Shown here one piece after another: positions 8,628 through 17,565 of a stretch of 64,000 nucleotides of DNA. Positions within the stretch are counted from its first letter, which is position 1. Every line of letters starts with the position of its first letter. Under the pieces are notes generated by a model. The model was not told the origin of the DNA, did no database searches, and saw nothing but the letters and a program-made list of their open reading frames with translations. Source of the DNA: a virus (Duplodnaviria; Caudoviricetes); the IMG/VR virus record IMGVR_UViG_3300036770_008730, one strand, 5' to 3'. A program made the translations under genes and the position numbers.

Positions 8628-9533
8628 TTATGCTAATTTTTTATCGAATAAGTAGAGGTCATATAAAGAGTTGCCTTTAACCTTTTTAATACTTTTTAAA
8701 ACATCACCAGTAATAGAATCTAAAACTTTATAAACACCTAAAAGTCCTCCTTTATCGTTCATAACTTTTACTGTGTTACCTGGTTGACCGAGTGCTCCTA
8801 AGATTGCAATATATTTATTTCCATATATGCTTTTCAAAAAGGAAACTCTGAGATTTGTTGTATCTTTTGTATTATTTACATAAGCATTTTCAAAAGGTTT
8901 CAGTAAATCCAATTTAGTAGATGTATCTTTAACTCTGATGGTAATAAACTTTCTTTCTTCAGAACCTAAGGTTACCTCTTCTCTGTTTTGAATTTTGTTT
9001 TGTTTTACTAAATCTTGTTGGTTTTTTCTGATGATATTAAAATCGGCCTTAGCAATTATTCCACCTCTCATGCCTTTGTCATTCATATTATAACCTGTTG
9101 GTGGTAACCTATAAAAAGATCCTGTAAAAGTCATGGATAGAATTCTATCAGCTCTAAACAACCTCCAAATTTTATTTATATGTCTTTTTTGAGAAACAGA
9201 CCAACCATTAAGATGCCAACCTCTTATAAGTAATTTACCTTGACTAGATTTACCTAATACCATAGGATAAATAACTCTTTCATGTCCTGCGAAATGTTTA
9301 TCTTCTTCTCCTTTGTAGTTAATAAGAAATATCATTCCATATTTAATTGCCTTTGTAAGTATTTCCTGAGTGAATTTAATGGGTTTATTAACAGGTATAT
9401 CGGATATTTCTTTAACATTGTTTAAAGAAAAACGAGGGATAAATTCATTATCCTCAATCAAATTATAATGTTCCCTTATAACAAACTCTACAGGTTTCTT
9501 ATTGTAGAAGTCTCTCAATTGGCTAAGATTCAT
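8628..9533 (-). CDS. WYL-like domain protein
   Basis: INYKG...ERVIYPMVLG...LLIRGWHL...WRLFRADRILSM matches the WYL pattern R.v.P..l...R.FR.DRI. Confidence 0.55.
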   Translation of the reverse strand: MNLSQLRDFYNKKPVEFVIREHYNLIEDNEFIPRFSLNNVKEISDIPVNKPIKFTQEILTKAIKYGMIFLINYKGEEDKHFAGHERVIYPMVLGKSSQGKLLIRGWHLNGWSVSQKRHINKIWRLFRADRILSMTFTGSFYRLPPTGYNMNDKGMRGGIIAKADFNIIRKNQQDLVKQNKIQNREEVTLGSEERKFITIRVKDTSTKLDLLKPFENAYVNNTKDTTNLRVSFLKSIYGNKYIAILGALGQPGNTVKVMNDKGGLLGVYKVLDSITGDVLKSIKKVKGNSLYDLYLFDKKLA

Positions 9534-9577
9534 AAATGTATATATTATTTCTTCTTTGTTGACTTTTTAAAATAAAA

Positions 9578-9602
9578 AAAGAGAGAACAAACTTCTCTCT
9601 TT
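9578..9602 (-). terminator. Rho-independent terminator
   Basis: aaagagagaa-caaac-ttctctcttt hairpin with an A-run (minus-strand U-tract), after the stop at 9628. Confidence 0.75.
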
Positions 9603-9627
9603 CAATTCCTACTTTTAGTAAATAATA

Positions 9628-9888
9628 TTATTTAACTTCGTTAGTAGAGTCAGCAACTGTAACTGTTGCTGAAGCATCATATATAATACCATTAATTTTG
9701 TAATTAAGATTTGTTACATTAAAAATCATTCCAGTTCCTGACCAAGATGCAGCACCTGAAATAAGTTGTGTATCTGTACCACCTGGTAAATCATTTAATG
9801 TTAAATAATAATTTGTTGCAGTAGGAGAATTAGCTTCTGTTGCTGCAAGATATTTATTATTTGGTAAATCTCTTCTTAATTGTCCCAT
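9628..9888 (-). pseudogene. Truncated structural-protein N-terminus, apparently fused to the 3' end of the lipoprotein gene
   Basis: Only 86 aa; the final codons (TVADSTNEVK) share 13-nt and 10-nt identities with the lipoprotein gene at 13260-13335. Confidence 0.5.
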
Positions 9889-9910
9889 GTTATTTTATGT
9901 TGTACATTAA

Positions 9911-12535
9911 TTATATTGTTTTTATAAAAGCAGGATCTCCTACTAAAAGATTACTAGATTGTCCTGGAGTTAATATATTTTGTATACTAGGAACTCCTTT
10001 AGATATTCCATTAGGTAAACTGTTAACATACCTTATACCTTTTGAAGTAGAGCTTTTTTTGCTATCAGTTATTACTAATAATTGTTGTGGCCTTGATAAT
10101 GTGCAACCACTAATATCTACAAACTTTGCTATTTTTTCAAAATTATCTGTAAATGTTACGGTATAATTGTTTGTTGCGATTGTCGGTCTAACAACTGTTC
10201 TTGTATAAGCATTACCACAGAAAAATTCATTCATAGTTAAAATTGTTGCTGTACCTGCAACATTAACACTTTTCCAAGCAATTTTGTGCATATTTGTAAG
10301 CGTGTGATTCAAATTTTGATTTAAGTACAAATCGCATTTACTTGCATCAACATTACCCCTTATTAAGTTTATTATTCTTGCTACTCCATTTGCAAAATTG
10401 ATAGGAGTACTAATTGTTATTTTACCACCAGTATCAAAATATAAATTTGTATTTATAGGATAAATTATATTTAAACTTGATATAACCCCATTACCTACCA
10501 TATAAATATTTCCTGCTCCTTGAGTTGATGCAGGCGCATTGAAAAATACACTACCTCCAACATATACTGTTCCTGTGATTGAACAGACACTACTGTTACC
10601 ACTAAATGTTAAATTATTTGAACAATAAATTATTCCTGAATATGTTATTGTTGTAACAGATGCCCCAGAAGAAGAATTATTTATATTGCAATTCCCACAA
10701 TAAATATCAAAAGTACCACTTATTGTTCCATTACCACCACAAGTAAAAGTGTTTGAAATATATAAATTATTTGCTAATGTCATAGTATTTGCTCCACCAC
10801 TAGCAAAGAAAAAATTATTCCAAGTAATATCAGAAATATTTATGGTACCGCCACGCACATAGAAAGTATTAGAATTTGTCGTAGTGTCAATAGTTCCAGA
10901 TAATTTACTTATTGTTCCACCACCTAAAAACACAATAGTTCCAAATGTTATAGTTCCTGCTGTGTCTATTGTTATATCTCCATTATGGGAAGCATAAAAA
11001 CCCGCAACAGTTGTAGTACAAGACCAAGTTCCATTTCCAACTAATCTAATAGGTGTGCAAGTAATAGTTCCAGAACTATTATCCATATTATTAAGTGTAT
11101 AATTACCTGATATATTTATATTAGCACTACCATTATTTACTACATAAGTATAACCTAATCTTAAATTAACAAAAAGATTAACAATGTTTATATCAGTATT
11201 TGTAAATGATACATTTACACTTGAAATATTATTACCAATATATAAATCCCCAGTTAGATTGTAAACTGCTCCTGAATGGGTTATAGTTCCATTAAAGTAT
11301 TGAGCATAATTAGTAATGTTTAAATTACTTGTTAATGTTATTGTTGCTGTTGTTCCACATATTAATCTATACCAACTCATATCACTTGTATTAAGTGTTG
11401 TTGAACCACCTATATTCAATATACTTGAATTAGATGTAGCATCTACCGTTCCTCCTGATGCAATAAAAGTTAGAGTACCTGTTCTATAATAAACATTTGA
11501 TCCTAAAGTGAGAGTTCCGCTTGGTTTGTTTATTGTAATATTTTTTTGAATATAACCTGCTGCGGTATGAGTCCAAGATTGACTACCTGTTCCATTAATT
11601 AATATATCAAATGAACCAGTTATAGTAGCTGTCGTTGTTACACTTAAATTACCTGTAACTATAATATCACTACCATTAATAGTCGTTGTTGTTGTTCCTG
11701 AAAATGATAATGTTCCTGAAACAGTTAAGTTATTATTTAGTGTAAAAGTTTGAGCTGTTGTACCTGCAAAAGTAAAATTATTCCAAATAATACCATCTGT
11801 TTCAAAAGTTGTACCAACTGCTGAATTTAAAGTTGATGTACCTTCATCAACTGTTCCTTGAACATAGGTAAAAGTTCCTGTGTTGTAGTTTATTGTTCCT
11901 GATAAAAAAAGTGTACCACCTGTTTTATCTATTTTTATATTACTTCTTGTTTGTCCAGTTGATGAGTAAGATATGGTTTGATTTGCAGTACCAGTAAACT
12001 TAATTGTTGCATTACCAGTTAATACTGCACCTGTTCCACTTGATGTAAAATCTCCAAGCACATCAAATCTTTCAGGGTCAAGAGCATCACTTGAATCTAA
12101 AGTAAATGTATTACCTGTTGCTCCACTTACAGTTATTAATCCACTAATAGTTATTTTATCAATTAATGTAATAGTGTATGAACCAGGAGCGAAAGTAAAC
12201 CTAAATGTCCAAATTTTTCCATTTGATGTTAAATTACCAGTACCAGTTTTTCTAAAATCTCCATTAGCACCTGATGCAACTGTATATGTAGATAATCCAC
12301 CAGCATCACCAAATGTTATGTTTCTTGAAACACTTAATGTAGAATTAAAAGTAATAACATTTTGATAATTAGAAAAATCTATATCTTGTATAGTAGTAGT
12401 AGTATTAACAGTTAATTGACCAGATGATGTTGTAAAATCAATAGCATCTGTTGCTCCTGGTATTCCTACCCCGCCAACATAAGTTGATGCAGAATTTATA
12501 TTACCTCCACTTGGAGCTACTGTGTAAGTTGCCAT
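9911..12535 (-). CDS. Large T/G/N-rich beta-helical structural or adhesin-like protein
   Basis: 874 aa with repeated LTxSGTxT and NITINKxxGTLTL motifs. Confidence 0.65.
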   Translation of the reverse strand: MATYTVAPSGGNINSASTYVGGVGIPGATDAIDFTTSSGQLTVNTTTTIQDIDFSNYQNVITFNSTLSVSRNITFGDAGGLSTYTVASGANGDFRKTGTGNLTSNGKIWTFRFTFAPGSYTITLIDKITISGLITVSGATGNTFTLDSSDALDPERFDVLGDFTSSGTGAVLTGNATIKFTGTANQTISYSSTGQTRSNIKIDKTGGTLFLSGTINYNTGTFTYVQGTVDEGTSTLNSAVGTTFETDGIIWNNFTFAGTTAQTFTLNNNLTVSGTLSFSGTTTTTINGSDIIVTGNLSVTTTATITGSFDILINGTGSQSWTHTAAGYIQKNITINKPSGTLTLGSNVYYRTGTLTFIASGGTVDATSNSSILNIGGSTTLNTSDMSWYRLICGTTATITLTSNLNITNYAQYFNGTITHSGAVYNLTGDLYIGNNISSVNVSFTNTDINIVNLFVNLRLGYTYVVNNGSANINISGNYTLNNMDNSSGTITCTPIRLVGNGTWSCTTTVAGFYASHNGDITIDTAGTITFGTIVFLGGGTISKLSGTIDTTTNSNTFYVRGGTINISDITWNNFFFASGGANTMTLANNLYISNTFTCGGNGTISGTFDIYCGNCNINNSSSGASVTTITYSGIIYCSNNLTFSGNSSVCSITGTVYVGGSVFFNAPASTQGAGNIYMVGNGVISSLNIIYPINTNLYFDTGGKITISTPINFANGVARIINLIRGNVDASKCDLYLNQNLNHTLTNMHKIAWKSVNVAGTATILTMNEFFCGNAYTRTVVRPTIATNNYTVTFTDNFEKIAKFVDISGCTLSRPQQLLVITDSKKSSTSKGIRYVNSLPNGISKGVPSIQNILTPGQSSNLLVGDPAFIKTI

Positions 12536-12548
12536 AACTTATAATCTA

Positions 12549-12974
12549 TTAATAATCTCCTGCAAAAGCACAAGCGTCTGTTTGGTCTTGTCCGCCTAAA
12601 AAAATTGATTGAATAACACTCATTATTTGACCAGATTGCATAATTATTGGTTGATCAAAAGTGTAAATAGCTGTTTGTCCAATAGTAGATGTATTATTTC
12701 TTGTTGCTGCCGCTGCTGCTACTTCTCCAATTAATCTTGGATTTGCACCAAGAGTATCAGATAAAAATATTCTATACTGTTTTGCCCCTGCTGCAACTCC
12801 TGCAGTAGCTTGTGAGTTAATAAATCTTACTCCATCTACTCTTGTACCGTCAGTAACTGCTGTAACTAAAGTCTCTAAAGTTCCTGATCCGTCAGATGCT
12901 GTATTAGCAGCTGCTATTCTAGCAGGAGTAAAGTTGCCTTGTCTTATAAATATTGGTGTTGTGTTTGCTGCCAT
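12549..12974 (-). CDS. Small phage structural (tail-associated) protein
   Basis: MAANTTPIF...AANTASDGSGT...DGTRVDGVRF pattern, in an operon with the beta-helical gene. Confidence 0.55.
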   Translation of the reverse strand: MAANTTPIFIRQGNFTPARIAAANTASDGSGTLETLVTAVTDGTRVDGVRFINSQATAGVAAGAKQYRIFLSDTLGANPRLIGEVAAAAATRNNTSTIGQTAIYTFDQPIIMQSGQIMSVIQSIFLGGQDQTDACAFAGDY

Positions 12975-13237
12975 TATATTAAAGTGTTATTGTTTATGTA
13001 TTCTATTAATTCTTCGTTGCTATATTCTTTTATTTTTATAGTCATGTTTCCATTATCAACTGTTCTAGTTATATGAATAGCTTGTATTCCTATTTCTGTT
13101 GCAGCTCCTTTTACTTCATCACTATGATATATACCATCTGTATATTCTTTAGGATTACAAACACAAGAATAGATTACTTCCTCTGGATAAGGTAAACTTT
13201 CAATAATATGCCCATCAGGCGCAGGATATTTCATCAT
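12974..13237 (-). CDS. Hypothetical protein
   Basis: 87-aa ORF translationally coupled to both neighbours. Confidence 0.55.
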   Translation of the reverse strand: MMKYPAPDGHIIESLPYPEEVIYSCVCNPKEYTDGIYHSDEVKGAATEIGIQAIHITRTVDNGNMTIKIKEYSNEELIEYINNNTLI

Positions 13238-13452
13238 ATTTTTTTATTTTTAAAGTTAACAGCAACTGTTGTGTCAACAACTACTGCTGTAGCAGTAGAG
13301 TCAGCAGCTGGTGCTGCAGTTTCAACAGCAACTGTTGTGTCAACAACTACTGCTGTAGCAGTAGAGTCAGCAGCTGGTGTTTCTTCAGTAGTAGCAGTTC
13401 CACAAGAGAACAAAAATGCTGAACATACTAAAATAAGCGCGATTTTTTTCAT
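13234..13452 (-). CDS. Small Bacteroidota-type lipoprotein
   Basis: Signal peptide MKKIALILVCSAF with lipobox LFSC, followed by a duplicated AADSTATAVVVDTTVAV unit. Confidence 0.8.
   Translation of the reverse strand: MKKIALILVCSAFLFSCGTATTEETPAADSTATAVVVDTTVAVETAAPAADSTATAVVVDTTVAVNFKNKKI
13258..13379. repeat. 56-bp exact direct repeat, period 66 bp, inside the lipoprotein gene
   Basis: aacagcaactgttgtgtc...gcagctggtg at 13258-13313 and 13324-13379. Confidence 0.92.
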
Positions 13453-13556
13453 GTTTTAATTTATTTTTTTCAGACATATATATAATTTTTTTCTCTCTTT
13501 GTTTTAAAATTAAGAGATAATTTTTTTTAATATATACAAAAAAACCTTAGAATATT

Positions 13557-14288
13557 ATGTCTATTAATAGCAGAGAAGAATTAAATAATTATTATCAATA
13601 TTTTAATAATTTAGTTGATGACTATACAGATAAGTGGAAAATTAGACCATCTAATCTAAAAAGATATCTTCAACCTGGTAGTGAAAGATTTAATAAATTT
13701 TTAGAAAAATCCAAATCTCACGTAAGACAAAAATGGGGTGTCGAAATTAATGATGCTTATGGTAGATTAGTTCTTCAGAATATTTTGGAAGATAGATATC
13801 ATATGGAAAAAGACGGAGTTCTTACTTTTGAATCTTATAATGTTTTTGAATCTGATGAGTTTAAACTAAAATCAATGAAAGATTGTTTATATAAAGGAAT
13901 TGAAAAATCTACTATTAAAATGGAAAAAATTCTAGCAGATTATTTTGATACTAATTTATCCGACATCGATGTTGAAGATTCCAACAAACATTTATTCAAA
14001 ATTAGCGAATGGAAAGAAAAAGATTTATCAGTCATTATTTATTCTGAGGAAGAGATGGATGTCATAAAAGAAAATATAAGTGGTCATTTGTTAGAAGAAT
14101 TACAAGATAAAAAAATAATGCTAACTGATGACTTACATATTGACTTAAAAGATATTTTAGATAGAGAATCTTATGAATCTAAAGTAAAGTCTAAACTGAC
14201 AGACAACTATTGTATTAAAGTGATTGAGGATTTAACAGGACATAAATATAAAGGTAATCCGGATTCACATTACGTTTGGGTCATGTAA
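13557..14288 (+). CDS. Hypothetical protein
   Basis: 243-aa ORF preceded by TAATATATA (13528); internal VLTFESYNVFES motif. Confidence 0.7.
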   Translation: MSINSREELNNYYQYFNNLVDDYTDKWKIRPSNLKRYLQPGSERFNKFLEKSKSHVRQKWGVEINDAYGRLVLQNILEDRYHMEKDGVLTFESYNVFESDEFKLKSMKDCLYKGIEKSTIKMEKILADYFDTNLSDIDVEDSNKHLFKISEWKEKDLSVIIYSEEEMDVIKENISGHLLEELQDKKIMLTDDLHIDLKDILDRESYESKVKSKLTDNYCIKVIEDLTGHKYKGNPDSHYVWVM

Positions 14289-14733
14289 CATCATGATATA
14301 ACTCTTTATATAATTTTATAATTTTTGCATTCTCCAATTCAATATTAACCATTTCAATATATTTTTTTATAATGGTTTTGTGACTTTCCTTTAATTCTAA
14401 TTTATGCAGTGTTTCTAAAGGAGTCCAGTAGTAGTTTTCGGATGTATTGATTGGTTCTATGTTTGAGATACAAACTCCGTGATGTATTTTTACATCTTTT
14501 ATTGTTTGTATACTCCACGGATTTATAATTGCGTCGTGATTAATGGTATATGAGTTTGTAATATCTTCTAATTTTGTTTCGAATATTTGTTCTGTTAATT
14601 TTATAGTGCTTTTAATTGATGTAATTTCATCTTCTAATTCTTTATGTGGTAATATCCAATTTTCATTTTCTTTTTTTAGAAGTATCATATCTCCGTTTAG
14701 TATGCAGGTAAATGTAATTTCGACTTTTCTCAT
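14281..14733 (-). CDS. Degenerate Nudix-fold protein
   Basis: ILLKKENENWILPHKELE...YWTPLETLHKLELKESHKTII mimics the Nudix scaffold but lacks the GX5EX7REUXEE box. Confidence 0.4.
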   Translation of the reverse strand: MRKVEITFTCILNGDMILLKKENENWILPHKELEDEITSIKSTIKLTEQIFETKLEDITNSYTINHDAIINPWSIQTIKDVKIHHGVCISNIEPINTSENYYWTPLETLHKLELKESHKTIIKKYIEMVNIELENAKIIKLYKELYHDVT

Positions 14734-14793
14734 TTTTAAAATTAATTTTTTAATTTTTATATCAAATATATATTCTAAAAATAATAATTTGTT

Positions 14794-15621
14794 ATGTTGT
14801 TAAAAATAGGGAGTAAAGGCGAAGATGTAAAAAAACTTCAATCTAAATTAGGATTATCATCTGATGGTGTTTTTGGTAATGGTACTGACTTAGCTGTAAA
14901 GAAATGGCAGTCAGAAAATGGACTAACACCTGATGGTATTGTCGGTGATGCAACTTGGAATAAAATGTTTGGACCAACTGTTGCTGCTACACTTTCAAAT
15001 GTTGTACCTGTTGTTGGTGAAATTAAATTAGAAAAATTAAAAGGTCATATTCCAGATGCAGTTTTATCTCAAATACCAGATGTGATTTCTAAATTCAACT
15101 GTAATACTCCTTTGAGATTAGCTCATTTTTTAGCTCAGTGTGGTCATGAAAGTGGTAATTTCAAAGCCGTTTCAGAGAATCTAAATTATTCCGCTGATGG
15201 ATTGAAAAAAATATTCGGAAAATATTTTCCAGGTGATTTATCTAATTCTTATGCTAAGAATCCAGAAAAGATTGCTTCACGTGTTTATGGTAGTAGGATG
15301 GGTAACGGAGATGAGAGTACAAAAGATGGATTTAAATTTCGCGGTCGAGGATATATTCAATTGACTGGAAAAGATAACTATACTAAATTTACAAAATTTA
15401 TTGGAGAGGATTGTATTGGTAATCCAGATTTAGTTGCGACTAAATATCCTTTAGCTTCTGCTGCATTTTTCTTTGATTCTAACAAATTATGGGCTATTTG
15501 TGATAAAGGATCAGATGATGCGACCGTTACTGCTGTAACTAAACGAGTAAATGGCGGTACTATTGGATTATCTGATAGAATAAAACACTTTAAAGAGTTT
15601 TACTCATATTTAATCAAATAA
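14794..15621 (+). CDS. Endolysin: peptidoglycan-binding domain plus GH19 lysozyme/chitinase-like domain
   Basis: LLKIGSKGEDVKKLQ...DGIVGDATW; AHFLAQCGHES, FRGRGYIQLTGKDNY, TKRVNGG. Confidence 0.92.
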   Translation: MLLKIGSKGEDVKKLQSKLGLSSDGVFGNGTDLAVKKWQSENGLTPDGIVGDATWNKMFGPTVAATLSNVVPVVGEIKLEKLKGHIPDAVLSQIPDVISKFNCNTPLRLAHFLAQCGHESGNFKAVSENLNYSADGLKKIFGKYFPGDLSNSYAKNPEKIASRVYGSRMGNGDESTKDGFKFRGRGYIQLTGKDNYTKFTKFIGEDCIGNPDLVATKYPLASAAFFFDSNKLWAICDKGSDDATVTAVTKRVNGGTIGLSDRIKHFKEFYSYLIK

Positions 15622-15836
15622 TTATTTTGATGGTCAAATCTTTGATTAATAACATTTATTAAAAATTGACAATCTTCATATCTTTCAATGGTCTCAAAAT
15701 AAGAGACCATTTTTTTTATGAAGATTATATCATATGTTTTTAGATTTTTATCGAAATAAATTCCTGATTTTATTCTCTTTATCGATTCCTCATAAAGACG
15801 CAGTAGAGCAATTTCTATAATTTCTTTGTTATTCAT
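15600..15836 (-). CDS. Hypothetical protein
   Basis: 78 aa, ERYEDC motif, coupled to the upstream gene. Confidence 0.55.
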   Translation of the reverse strand: MNNKEIIEIALLRLYEESIKRIKSGIYFDKNLKTYDIIFIKKMVSYFETIERYEDCQFLINVINQRFDHQNNYLIKYE

Positions 15837-16399
15837 TTGTAGTTGTTTAAGAATTCTAATTCTTCCTTTGTTAAGGATTCTAATCCAGTCGCTGAAATTT
15901 TATCTAAAATTTGGTCTATGTTGTAATTATTTTCTTCCTCACTTTTTTTGAGGTTGCTAAATTTCATTATTTGTTGATTGAATTGACTATTTAAATACTC
16001 CTTAGACATTTGTATACCCATCACTTCTATTACATCATTTATTTGATGATTATGTTTTTCTTGAATTTGAAATATTATTTTATTTATAAAATTATTTTCT
16101 TTTATTTGAATTGATGATGTTATGAACTTATCTTCTTTGAATATCCATATCTCTTCTTTATCCATCATATAGATAACCATCACTATTCCAAAATTATTAA
16201 GTGTTGTTTCAATTAACACTGAATTTTTAATTCTGTTTCTAAAAATTGTCTGATTTGAAATCAACTTTTCATTAAATTCTATGAAAATTTTTTTCGAGTG
16301 TTTACTTTTTTTAAATGATTTCAATTGATTTGATAGTAAAATAAACACGTAAGAGGTTAGTAGCCCTACTATAAGTCCTGTTAAGAATATTATAATCAT
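15833..16399 (-). CDS. Membrane-anchored protein with C-terminal IDxILDKISxxGxxSLTxEE motif (DUF6576-like)
   Basis: N-terminal hydrophobic helix; C-terminus IDQILDKISATGLESLTKEELEFL. Confidence 0.65.
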   Translation of the reverse strand: MIIIFLTGLIVGLLTSYVFILLSNQLKSFKKSKHSKKIFIEFNEKLISNQTIFRNRIKNSVLIETTLNNFGIVMVIYMMDKEEIWIFKEDKFITSSIQIKENNFINKIIFQIQEKHNHQINDVIEVMGIQMSKEYLNSQFNQQIMKFSNLKKSEEENNYNIDQILDKISATGLESLTKEELEFLNNYK

Positions 16400-16517
16400 T
16401 TATTATTTATAAAAATAAGTGAATTGAGTTGTAAAATTACGAAATAAATATTGAATAGAAAAAAATGTAATCAATTAAGTTTTCTAAATTAATATATACA
16501 AAAAAAATAATAGTTTA

Positions 16518-17546
16518 ATGGCATTAGTAGGATCATATTCGGTACCTGGACCCTCCTCTTCTATAACATTTTCTGAAGAATATAACACAATTGATGAGTT
16601 GTTAGTTCAGATTCCGAATAATACATCAAATCAAATACAAGCACAAGATGTTCGAGATTCTGTTTTGTCTTTATGGAGAAGAATAGATTATGTTCAATCA
16701 ATTGCTGCTACAGCAGCCTCAGCTTCTACACTTTATACAAATGCAACTCCAACTCCTATTACTATTGGTGGGATTTCAGCAGGAACTTCTTTTCCTACTC
16801 CTCAAACTATGCAACAGATGTGGGATGCTTTACTTTATCCTTATATCGCACCTGCAGCTGGACTAAGTATTGCTAGTAATGCTAGTAGAGAATATGGGTC
16901 GTCAACTGGTGTGACATTGAATTGGTCAGTAACTAAAAATTCCAATACAATAACTTCTATTTTAGTTGATGGAGTTCCTCAAATACCAACTGGTGTTTCT
17001 CAGGCTGGTACTAAACTAGCAACTGCTACTCATAGTGTGACTCCTGTTTCGCCTAGCACAAGTCAAGTTTATTCTATGACTGTTTCTGACGGAACATCTA
17101 CTCCTTCTGCTAACACTACACTTACTTGGCTTACAAGAATTTATTGGGGAAGAATTGATTTTAGTTCAATTGGTAATCCTAATCTGACTACAAATCCTGG
17201 TTCCGCATCACTTTGTGCTACTTTAGCAACTGATGCTGTAATAGAAGCATTGTCTGGAGCTAATGCAAATAGTCAAGCTTTTGGAAGTGAATTATCATCA
17301 ACCAAAAGTAAAACATACACTGGTATAGATGGAGCTGGTCAATATTTGATATTTGCCTGGCCAAGTATAGTTTCTAATCCTTATACTCCAACCTTTACTG
17401 TGAATGGACTACCTAACACAGCTTTTACTAGAATAAGAAATAATTCATCCTTTTATAGATCACTTTATGGATATAGTGGAGTAAATTATGAGGTTTGGGT
17501 AAGCAATACTTTACAAAATTCACCTTTAAATTTAGTAGTGAGTTAA
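16518..17546 (+). CDS. Virion structural protein (tail/fibre module)
   Basis: S/T-rich Ig-like beta pattern, late promoter at 16490. Confidence 0.65.
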   Translation: MALVGSYSVPGPSSSITFSEEYNTIDELLVQIPNNTSNQIQAQDVRDSVLSLWRRIDYVQSIAATAASASTLYTNATPTPITIGGISAGTSFPTPQTMQQMWDALLYPYIAPAAGLSIASNASREYGSSTGVTLNWSVTKNSNTITSILVDGVPQIPTGVSQAGTKLATATHSVTPVSPSTSQVYSMTVSDGTSTPSANTTLTWLTRIYWGRIDFSSIGNPNLTTNPGSASLCATLATDAVIEALSGANANSQAFGSELSSTKSKTYTGIDGAGQYLIFAWPSIVSNPYTPTFTVNGLPNTAFTRIRNNSSFYRSLYGYSGVNYEVWVSNTLQNSPLNLVVS

Positions 17547-17565
17547 TGAAAAATAATAAAAATAG

